Shown: in pieces, positions 37,646 through 44,495 of the stretch
Numbering within the stretch: the first letter of the stretch is position 1
Layout: each line of letters starts with the position of its first letter
Virus record (IMG/VR): IMGVR_UViG_3300025151_000040
Location: 1-59,045 of that record
Strand: one strand, 5' to 3'
Source: a virus
Lineage: Duplodnaviria > Caudoviricetes
DNA: 59,045 nt
Made by a program: the position numbers and the translations under genes
The notes under the pieces: model-generated
Told to the model about the DNA's origin: nothing
What the model saw: the letters and a program-made list of their open reading frames with translations, nothing else
Database searches by the model: none

Positions 37646-37871
37646 GACAGGAGATCGAGAAGCTTGCATCACGATTAAGACGAGAGGTCGATCTATCTAT
37701 GCGCAGAACGTAGATATTATGGGTAAATCGGAAGTTGTCTACTCACACGATAAACCTCTTAAATGCGGTGCTAGAATATGGATAGAAACGACAGCGCCCG
37801 TTTGGTATTTACCACCAGGGTATAAAAGTATGGTATTATTAGCAGAGAAAGGAGAAAGTGATCATGTATAA
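37590..37871 (+). CDS. phage hypothetical protein
   Basis: IHINQ....N.K..ITIK..VVYS...PL.CGAR.WIET; GGAGG RBS. Confidence 0.7.
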   Translation: MSTIKRIHINQSILRRNHKTGDREACITIKTRGRSIYAQNVDIMGKSEVVYSHDKPLKCGARIWIETTAPVWYLPPGYKSMVLLAEKGESDHV

Positions 37872-37971
37872 ATATACACATATCGCAGATGTACTTATTA
37901 ATAAGTACGGTTGGCAACGAGTTCCGTGGTTTAAAAGTTGGAGGGAGGTCTATATTGTCAGACGAGTATAG
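37864..37971 (+). CDS. 35-aa protein (not in ORF track)
   Basis: AGAAAGGAGAAAG RBS; MYKYTHIADVLINKYGWQRVPWFKSWREVYIVRRV. Confidence 0.6.
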   Translation: MYKYTHIADVLINKYGWQRVPWFKSWREVYIVRRV

Positions 37972-38299
37972 CAAATATAGAAATATCGAGCATTGGGTAA
38001 CTGATACTCAGAGCAAACAGACGATTCGAGAAATCTCTAATCACGGTTGCGTTTCGGGTATCGTTACGGAACTGATCTATTATAGTGATACAGTGAAGTT
38101 TTATAATGCTTTTGAGGACGAGATATGGAATCGATTAGATGCTGCCGCTACGAATATAGGAAGCAGTGATATCATTTCATTTATCGGAACATATCTTGAT
38201 ACTAAGCATATCGGAAGCTTAACCCAATTCAAGAATGCTTTAGCTTGGTGGGCAGTCGAAGATGTAGCAAACGATTTAGGTAATAGAGAAGAGATATGA
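37955..38299 (+). CDS. early protein (likely start TTG 37955)
   Basis: GGAGG before TTG; HGC.SG.V..LIYY.DT..F......EI..KN.LAW..VE. Confidence 0.65.
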   Translation: MSDEYSKYRNIEHWVTDTQSKQTIREISNHGCVSGIVTELIYYSDTVKFYNAFEDEIWNRLDAAATNIGSSDIISFIGTYLDTKHIGSLTQFKNALAWWAVEDVANDLGNREEI

Positions 38300-38514
38300 T
38301 GGGTATATATAGTCTACCGACTAGGTTGTTTAAGCTAGAAATAAGGCTCAGGCATCAGCTAAGTAAACAAATATTAGAAGGTAGAACTAATGAAGGCATT
38401 CTTGTACGAGGAATAAAGAATGAGAACAGATTTAATACACTAATGCAACGATATCATGTAGTAACGAAACATGTTCGTGAGTATTTGGACAGTCATGAAA
38501 GGAGTACAAAATGA
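38296..38514 (+). CDS. hypothetical protein
   Basis: Coupled ORF. Confidence 0.55.
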   Translation: MMGIYSLPTRLFKLEIRLRHQLSKQILEGRTNEGILVRGIKNENRFNTLMQRYHVVTKHVREYLDSHERSTK

Positions 38515-38717
38515 TAAATCCAGAGGTAGTAGTAGATAAAGTAGGACGTATTTTTGATAAACTTAATGTAAACGAAAAGTACAGATTTACATATAAAGAA
38601 ATGCAATTGTTAAAAGAAGCTGCAATGTTAGATTTACTAACATCTAGTCAATTACGAGGCTTAATTTTAGTTCTTGCTGATGAATATATCTTAAAACCCG
38701 AATTTACTAGTGATTAA
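38511..38717 (+). CDS. hypothetical protein
   Basis: GAAAGGAG RBS. Confidence 0.6.
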   Translation: MINPEVVVDKVGRIFDKLNVNEKYRFTYKEMQLLKEAAMLDLLTSSQLRGLILVLADEYILKPEFTSD

Positions 38718-38732
38718 AAAAGCAATTGAGAA

Positions 38733-38908
38733 AATCAGTAAATCTTAATCGCTAAATGGCAATCCCTAATCCTAAATGGTTATTATTATTGTATATCAAT
38801 AAGAATAAAGGGATTAGTATAGAATTCAGAGGCAATCCAGGCAATCCACACGGAGGCCATTCAGAGGCCAAATGATGAATTGTATTTATATAAAAAGGCC
38901 TCTATATA
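38733..38908. repeat. iteron-like repeat cluster flanking an AT-rich core (candidate origin)
   Basis: GGCAATCC at 38758, 38831, 38840; CTAAATGG x2; ATTCAGAGGC x2; AGGCC x3. Confidence 0.55.
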
Positions 38909-38927
38909 GTATAGAAAGGAGATTTGT

Positions 38928-38990
38928 ATGGATATACTATTGTGGGCTGTAGTAATTATAGGCGCTTATATTGTGCTACACTTAAATTAA
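38928..38990 (+). CDS. 20-aa hydrophobic peptide
   Basis: AGAAAGGAG RBS; MDILLWAVVIIGAYIVLHLN. Confidence 0.6.
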   Translation: MDILLWAVVIIGAYIVLHLN

Positions 38991-38998
38991 TAAAAATG

Positions 38999-39027
38999 TT
39001 TACTACGGCGGTTTTTCGTATTAGTAT
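38999..39027 (+). promoter_or_regulatory. sigma70-like promoter
   Basis: ATG-TTTACT-N17-TAGTAT. Confidence 0.6.
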
Positions 39028-39054
39028 TAAAAAAATAGAAAGGAGAAAGCAGTT

Positions 39055-39417
39055 ATGTCTGTTTCAACTAATACCCAAAAGGGTAAATCTAAAACTCCTA
39101 AGGCTGTAAAAGCCAAAGGTGTTAAAGCTAAGAGTAAGGTTGCACCTACTCCTAGAGAAAAACAGGGCACATATAAATACGACAGAGATGCTCGTATACA
39201 GATATGTGTAGAGAAAAACCCAAAGAGAGAAGGCTCTAAGGGTTATAAGATGTTTGAGATCTACAAGAATGGTCTTACTATTCGAGAGTTCTTAGCATCT
39301 GGTGGTAGAACCATCGATATCGATTGGGATAGAGAACGAGGTTTTATCGCTACAGAAGATAGAGATAAAGAGGGTATGGCAAGTAAAACCCCTAAAGCTA
39401 CCTTTACTTTAAAGTAA
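39055..39417 (+). CDS. basic early protein, NPK..GSK family paralogue 1
   Basis: Lys-rich N-terminal tail; NPKREGSK..F..Y..G.TI.E....G..IDI.WD. Confidence 0.75.
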   Translation: MSVSTNTQKGKSKTPKAVKAKGVKAKSKVAPTPREKQGTYKYDRDARIQICVEKNPKREGSKGYKMFEIYKNGLTIREFLASGGRTIDIDWDRERGFIATEDRDKEGMASKTPKATFTLK

Positions 39418-39454
39418 TTGTATACTTTGTTTTTATTATTCTTAGTATTATTTT

Positions 39455-39505
39455 ATATTCATTTTCTTTTTCTGATAGGGGTCGTATTCCGGCCCCTGTC
39501 TATTA
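39455..39505 (+). ncRNA. candidate antisense sRNA against early-gene start regions
   Basis: TAGTAT -10 at 39443; pyrimidine seed UAUUCAUUUUCUUUUUCU; 11-bp hairpin 39474-39500. Confidence 0.5.
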
Positions 39506-39527
39506 ATCATAAACCAAGGAGGCTTAT

Positions 39528-39713
39528 ATGGCAAACACTGTAGAAGATATTATCAACGATATAGTATGCGATAAGGTTGAGGAAGAAGTCAACAACGCAG
39601 ATATTGAAACTATGGTCGAAGATAAGGTCGGCGAATACTTAGACGACAATATTGTTGAACTAATCAAAAACAACTTAGATGATATAGTTAAACTGCTGAA
39701 AGACAAGTTATGA
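39528..39713 (+). CDS. small acidic protein
   Basis: AAGGAGG RBS; D/E-rich helical sequence. Confidence 0.7.
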   Translation: MANTVEDIINDIVCDKVEEEVNNADIETMVEDKVGEYLDDNIVELIKNNLDDIVKLLKDKL

Positions 39714-39784
39714 GATTAAATCAGCAAACTACCATAATTGTACTGTTATTACTGTTAGTCTTAAAACAGTACGGTGTCTTATGA
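39710..39784 (+). CDS. 24-aa hydrophobic peptide
   Basis: ATGA overlaps at both ends; MRLNQQTTIIVLLLLLVLKQYGVL. Confidence 0.55.
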   Translation: MRLNQQTTIIVLLLLLVLKQYGVL

Positions 39785-40311
39785 ATATCTTTGCTCTTTC
39801 ACGATGTGCTCAAACGTCAGCTGAATGGCTATGCGATAAGCATGTCGTGAAGATGATATTAGAAACAGGCCAGATGTTATCGACAGCTCATCATGAGTTA
39901 AAATCTAAACATCTTGGTAGATATAAATATTATGAACCAGCATATGTAAATCACCCATGTACTGTATGGGCTAGAACTTCTCATGCTAATTACTTCTGGT
40001 TATACGAACACTTTGAAAGACTATGTCAACTGTACGAAGAGATATACCACAGAACTCATAAGACATGGGTTAAACTTCACAAAGCTTGTAGTATGAGTCC
40101 ATTCGAATTAACTGGTCCTTTTAAAACACCTGATAGTAGCTTGATTGACTTGACTGAGTTTCCTCAATGTATGCCAGATAAATACAAAGATACAGATTCA
40201 CACTTAGCATATCGAAGATATTACATAGGTGAAAAGCTACATTTCGCAGAGTACAAGAGTAGAAAGATTCCTGCGTGGATTGCTTCAAAAGATGTTTATC
40301 TTGATAATTAA
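39781..40311 (+). CDS. pyrimidine-dimer glycosylase (DenV/Pyr_excise)-related protein
   Basis: MNIF.L..A...CDKHVVKMILE..QMLSTAH..HPC..W.R.S..NY.WL..PQCMP. Confidence 0.7.
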   Translation: MNIFALSRCAQTSAEWLCDKHVVKMILETGQMLSTAHHELKSKHLGRYKYYEPAYVNHPCTVWARTSHANYFWLYEHFERLCQLYEEIYHRTHKTWVKLHKACSMSPFELTGPFKTPDSSLIDLTEFPQCMPDKYKDTDSHLAYRRYYIGEKLHFAEYKSRKIPAWIASKDVYLDN

Positions 40312-40343
40312 TTCTTTATTATAAAATTATAAGGAGAAAGAAT

Positions 40344-40553
40344 ATGGCAGATCATTGTAATATATGCGATACTCGTAGACCAGAAGGTGGTACGAAAGCG
40401 ATGGTACTTTCTAACAATATAGGAAGTCAATGGGTTGAGTTCTGTAACGATTGTGCAGATACTCAAATGCGTAATGAAGAAACAAAAGAAGTAATTACAG
40501 TTAAAGAACTGTACGACAGAATAACTTTAAGGAGGACTCAACATGATACTTAA
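40344..40553 (+). CDS. small zinc-finger-like protein
   Basis: CxxC..CxxC; AAGGAGAAAG RBS. Confidence 0.65.
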   Translation: MADHCNICDTRRPEGGTKAMVLSNNIGSQWVEFCNDCADTQMRNEETKEVITVKELYDRITLRRTQHDT

Positions 40554-40767
40554 ATGTAGAGCACAAATACCATACGACCCTACTACTATTAACGATCAAA
40601 CTAGGTTTTATTATATAACTGTAGAAATACCTTGCAAGACTTTCGAAGATGGTAAGAGAGAATTTTATGACACGTTAGAAACTATTTGTCCAGCACTCGA
40701 TGGTAGCAGGTTATGGAAAGACAGATACTACATGAAAGAATTTAAAGATGTTTCATTAGGTAGTTAA
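40543..40767 (+). CDS. hypothetical protein
   Basis: AAGGAGG RBS. Confidence 0.6.
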   Translation: MILKCRAQIPYDPTTINDQTRFYYITVEIPCKTFEDGKREFYDTLETICPALDGSRLWKDRYYMKEFKDVSLGS

Positions 40768-40779
40768 ATACTTTATAAT
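40751..40779 (+). promoter_or_regulatory. sigma70-like promoter
   Basis: ATG-TTTCAT-N17-TATAAT. Confidence 0.65.
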
Positions 40780-40800
40780 AAACAAAAGGAGAAAGAAAAA

Positions 40801-41193
40801 ATGCGTGACGAATATCAAAACTTAGAAGATCAACTTATTGACTCTGTTCGATACTTTAAATCTGGTAGCAAACTACAAGATAGGGCTTTTAAAAAGGCTT
40901 ACACTATGTTGATATATAAACAGATGGACGAAGTTAATCTTGCTATATCTAGATTACAGAGTTTAGTTAATTCATGGGAATGTTGCGATGGTATGGACGA
41001 TATAAACGAACTACCTGGCTTCTGCGATAACTACCCATTCAAACATTCATTAGATGAAATGGATACTATGTGGGGCGATATGACTGAAGAGCAGAAGAGA
41101 GAATATAACAGCTTGCAGTTTCAAGCATTAAAAGAAAGACGCAGAAAACTAGGAGACAAGAAATATATACCAGATGAAAAAGGAGACAAATAA
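40801..41193 (+). CDS. hypothetical protein, paralogue of 41194..41526
   Basis: KAY..LPGFCDNYPFKHSL..WG. Confidence 0.7.
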   Translation: MRDEYQNLEDQLIDSVRYFKSGSKLQDRAFKKAYTMLIYKQMDEVNLAISRLQSLVNSWECCDGMDDINELPGFCDNYPFKHSLDEMDTMWGDMTEEQKREYNSLQFQALKERRRKLGDKKYIPDEKGDK

Positions 41194-41526
41194 ATGGACG
41201 TAAAAAAGATTTGGCAAGAAAAAGTAGTTAATTTTACAATGACTGAAATGTTGGCTCAGAACTATGAAGAAGCGCAACATAGAGCGAAAGCATATCATTA
41301 TATGGCAATCATAAACGAATGTATTAAAGAACTACAACAAATCCAAGAGAAGTATTGGGTTAATATGTTAGCTAGTGATGTTAGCGACATGAAGCTAGAA
41401 GATATTCCAGGTTTTGGTTATAATTATCCATTCAAATGCGATCTAGCAGATATAAAACCTAAATGGGGTGAGTTCCCATGCTTCGAACATGAAGTAGAAA
41501 AAAAGGTTTCATCTGGTAAAGAATAA
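41194..41526 (+). CDS. hypothetical protein, paralogue of 40801..41193
   Basis: KAY..IPGFGYNYPFKCDL..WG. Confidence 0.7.
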   Translation: MDVKKIWQEKVVNFTMTEMLAQNYEEAQHRAKAYHYMAIINECIKELQQIQEKYWVNMLASDVSDMKLEDIPGFGYNYPFKCDLADIKPKWGEFPCFEHEVEKKVSSGKE

Positions 41527-41535
41527 TTATATAAT
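41507..41535 (+). promoter_or_regulatory. sigma70-like promoter
   Basis: G-TTTCAT-N17-TATAAT. Confidence 0.65.
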
Positions 41536-41563
41536 AAACAAACTTAAAGAAGAAAGGTTAACA

Positions 41564-41833
41564 ATGAAAGCATACGCAGTATTCGAGAATATCAACAATA
41601 CTATTTCTAATGGTGTTACCGAAAATCAATTTCATTTGCATTTGTCTATTCCTACTTTAGCTTGGCACGATAGTTCTGGTGGAATAGTAACATGGCGTAA
41701 AGAAACCAAAAGACTGTCTCACTTCGTTTTGTTCGCCACTAAAGAAGGAGCAGAAGAACACATGTTCGAAAGACAAGACGAAGCCCCTGGCGATTATATT
41801 ATCAAGGAAATAGATATAACAATTAACGATTAA
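41564..41833 (+). CDS. hypothetical protein
   Basis: AGAAAGG RBS downstream of a promoter. Confidence 0.6.
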   Translation: MKAYAVFENINNTISNGVTENQFHLHLSIPTLAWHDSSGGIVTWRKETKRLSHFVLFATKEGAEEHMFERQDEAPGDYIIKEIDITIND

Positions 41834-41878
41834 AACCTAGTATTTACTTATCTGGCCTTTTAGTTTATAGATAATTCT

Positions 41879-42340
41879 ATGGATAAAGGACCAGATAATA
41901 TTATTGATTTTACTAGTGCCGAAAGTAAGATTTTATCCGACAAGGAAAAGAAGTTTGTCGAATATATCTTTCAAGGTTTAGGTAAGAAACAAGCGGCTTT
42001 AGAAGCCGGTTACGCACAATCTGCAGCGCACGTTCAAGCTACCCGCCTACTAAAGAAGGATAAAATACGCAAGGCCCTTGATCGTTTGCGCTCTCTTCAA
42101 CATCAACAAACCATTCATACTATGGACAAGGAGATCGAATCGATTGATGCCATGATCCAAGAAGCTAGAGAAAGAGGGCAAATAGGTGCAGCGGTTCAAG
42201 CTGCCAGGCTCAAGGCACAAATGTTAGGGTACCTTGTTGATAAGAAAGAGATCAAGACAACAAACCTTGACACCATGAGCGATGACGACATAGCCCAATA
42301 CCTTGATTCCCTAAAAGCATCCTACAGCAACCCACAATAA
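41879..42340 (+). CDS. terS: terminase small subunit
   Basis: LS.K...FV......QAA..AGY...SA...A.RLL HTH; C-terminal A...A...G..V.K. Confidence 0.85.
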   Translation: MDKGPDNIIDFTSAESKILSDKEKKFVEYIFQGLGKKQAALEAGYAQSAAHVQATRLLKKDKIRKALDRLRSLQHQQTIHTMDKEIESIDAMIQEARERGQIGAAVQAARLKAQMLGYLVDKKEIKTTNLDTMSDDDIAQYLDSLKASYSNPQ

Positions 42341-42455
42341 GTGGTTGATGGTTGTTGACTGTTGACCCTAGGACCTAGAATCTATACTGTACAATCATGT
42401 ACCAGTAGTTCGTAGTACGAGGTACACGTCTGTACAACCCTGTACAACCAGTCAA
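42341..42455. repeat. GTTGA and (T)GTAC short-repeat cluster downstream of terS
   Basis: GTTGA x3; GTAC x6 in 42389-42445, including tandem CTGTACAACC x2. Confidence 0.7.
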
Positions 42456-42484
42456 AAGTTTTCCACAACTTTAAAATAAAGATG

Positions 42485-42513
42485 TTTACTTTTGTTATTT
42501 ATTTTAGTAAAAT
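42485..42513 (+). promoter_or_regulatory. sigma70-like promoter
   Basis: ATG-TTTACT-N17-TAAAAT. Confidence 0.7.
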
Positions 42514-42539
42514 AAAACCACAATAAAGGAGAAAGAAAA

Positions 42540-42893
42540 ATGAAAAAAGCAAAACTACCTAAAGTAACTACTATGATCGGCAACGACAAAGTATTATTTA
42601 AACTTGTTAACCCTAAGCAGCAAGGAAGTAAATCACATGAGATTTATGGAAAAGCACAGAAAGCTACCACAGTTAAGGAAGCATTCGAACAGGGTTATAG
42701 ATCAATAGATATCGCATACGATACTATGAATAATGGCAAATTTAAAAAGCCTAATGTTCTTATCGCAAGATATCTTAAGAAAGACCACAAGGAATTATAT
42801 TTGACATTCCTTAAGGAATTCGAAGGCGCAAAGCTAAGTAAGGAAATGCAAGACAACCTTAACGAATTCACAAAAATAATCAGTAAGTTATAA
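42540..42893 (+). CDS. basic early protein, NPK..GSK family paralogue 2
   Basis: NPKQQGSK..Y......TV.EA...G..IDI.YD; monocistronic. Confidence 0.75.
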   Translation: MKKAKLPKVTTMIGNDKVLFKLVNPKQQGSKSHEIYGKAQKATTVKEAFEQGYRSIDIAYDTMNNGKFKKPNVLIARYLKKDHKELYLTFLKEFEGAKLSKEMQDNLNEFTKIISKL

Positions 42894-42899
42894 TATAAC

Positions 42900-42925
42900 A
42901 AGGGGCCTTCGGGCCCCTTTTTTTT
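42900..42925 (+). terminator. intrinsic terminator
   Basis: AAGGGGCC-TTCG-GGCCCCTT followed by a T run. Confidence 0.92.
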
Positions 42926-42927
42926 AA

Positions 42928-43025
42928 CCTTGATCGTTGATCACCGTTGATCTGTTGACTCTTGATCACAGCTTTTGCTGTTTAAGTAGGGAGTAGGGAG
43001 TAGGAGGTATATATAATATATATAA
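42928..43025. repeat. TTGATC x4, AGTAGG x3 and TA-rich repeat cluster (candidate pac/end region)
   Basis: cttgatcgttgatcaccgttgatctgttgactcttgatcac; agtagggagtagggagtagg; tatatataatatatataa. Confidence 0.7.
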
Positions 43026-43126
43026 CAATTATTATGGCGCAAGTCGGCGCATCTCTGATCAACTATAATATATATATGTTTCAAATTGTTTTAATTTTTT
43101 ATATTCTAATTTTAGAAAGGAAAAAG

Positions 43127-43192
43127 ATGGATACTATAATTTATCTATTATTTATGGGGTTTTTGTTTTATTTATCCTCACATTTTTTTTAA
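43127..43192 (+). CDS. 21-aa hydrophobic peptide
   Basis: AGAAAGGA RBS; MDTIIYLLFMGFLFYLSSHFF. Confidence 0.55.
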   Translation: MDTIIYLLFMGFLFYLSSHFF

Positions 43193-43281
43193 AAAAAAGA
43201 TGAAAAATAATTTTACTTTTTTCGAAAAGTATGAAATAAATATACTATCTTTAATATAAAGATAGAAAGGAGAAAGAGAAA

Positions 43282-43671
43282 ATGAGTAAATCTAAAGTAG
43301 ATGAAAAAGGAAAAGGAAAACTAAATAAATTTCCTTCTTCTTTAATTAGAATTAAAGATAATTTAATTCTTCATCGTTTAGTAAACGATAAAAAAGGAAA
43401 ATCGTTTATTAGATTAGAGAATTATAAATTCTCTACTACTATTGAAAATTCCGTTAAAAACGGAATGAGTAAAGACGATTACGATTATAATACTTCTAAG
43501 CTTAAAACTATCTATTCGATAGATTTAAAAAATCTTAATAAAGATTTTAAATTAAGATACTTAGATACTATTAATCTAAATCTTTCATTTCTTAAAGATA
43601 CTAAAATTTCTAATAAGGAAGAATTAGTAAATTTAAATAAGAAAGCTTTAGAGATAGTAAATAAATTATAA
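43282..43671 (+). CDS. basic early protein, divergent NPK-family paralogue 3
   Basis: LVNDKKGKS..Y..STTIE....G....DYDY; ends IVNKL versus IISKL in paralogue 2. Confidence 0.7.
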   Translation: MSKSKVDEKGKGKLNKFPSSLIRIKDNLILHRLVNDKKGKSFIRLENYKFSTTIENSVKNGMSKDDYDYNTSKLKTIYSIDLKNLNKDFKLRYLDTINLNLSFLKDTKISNKEELVNLNKKALEIVNKL

Positions 43672-43686
43672 TCTAAGTTAATTTTT

Positions 43687-43717
43687 TTCTACGAGGAAAA
43701 TAAAATTCCTCGTAGAA
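43687..43717. terminator. 12-bp perfect inverted repeat after the early gene (no U-tract)
   Basis: TTCTACGAGGAA-7nt-TTCCTCGTAGAA. Confidence 0.5.
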
Positions 43718-43844
43718 TATTCGTATTAAGTTTAACGAAAAACTTCGTATAAGTTTCAGAAAAAACAGGTGCCTGTGCCTGTAGGAGCGAGTAGCGACTG
43801 AACAAATAGCTTTTATATGTATAAATTTCATATATAAATAATTG

Positions 43845-44495
43845 ATGGCTTTTCTCGTAGCAAACATTCCACCTATTGAAGTTTATGTAAAAAAAGAGTA
43901 TCTTTATGACCATGAAAAAGGTCATGGAGAATTTGAAAAAGGTGTTTGGGTCACTGCTAAGTCGATTACCGGCAGAGCTTTGTATTTCGAAACGTACTTA
44001 TATAATTCTGGCGCTCTTTTTGATAAGCTGCCTATATCTGCTTTCTGCTCAAAGCCAGTAAAGCCAGAAGAAAGTTTACCATTAGAAGAGTTACAGTTAT
44101 GGGATTGTTTCAGTTACCACATTTCTGTTATAGAAAAGTGTAACGCAGGAACAGGTCGTTGTAAGTATTTCTCACCAAATAAAAATTGGCATTACGGAGT
44201 TTATCTGTTTACGATAGATTCTGCACACGCCGATCCTAACATTCCTAACTGTGGTTACTCAGAAGTTCCTAGTCAACATAAGTCTTTCAATATTATTGAA
44301 TTAGATAATGGTCATTATGCAGCTCAACCAAATAATCGAGTTATATTTTACGATAAAAGTTTGTCTCCGAAAGAAATGACGTTCCCTGATTATAAAGTTT
44401 CTACTATTGAATATAGTGTCGAGCATCATTCTAAATGGGTTGCAGGAGATGATGAAAGTTTCTTTTATGAACTTAGAGATACTACAAAAAGCTGA
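43845..44495 (+). CDS. phage hypothetical protein
   Basis: ANIPP..V.KEYLYD..GE..KLPISAF..LQLWDCFSY..HKS..QPNNR. Confidence 0.8.
   Translation: MAFLVANIPPIEVYVKKEYLYDHEKGHGEFEKGVWVTAKSITGRALYFETYLYNSGALFDKLPISAFCSKPVKPEESLPLEELQLWDCFSYHISVIEKCNAGTGRCKYFSPNKNWHYGVYLFTIDSAHADPNIPNCGYSEVPSQHKSFNIIELDNGHYAAQPNNRVIFYDKSLSPKEMTFPDYKVSTIEYSVEHHSKWVAGDDESFFYELRDTTKS

Noticed and set aside
38924-39109. 61-aa track ORF starting at TTG 38924
   Set aside because: RBS spacing favours ATG 38928 (20-aa peptide); this ORF crosses a promoter and overlaps 39055
42341-43025. Repeat clusters as a CRISPR array
   Set aside because: Units are 5-10 nt without regular spacers; no cas genes
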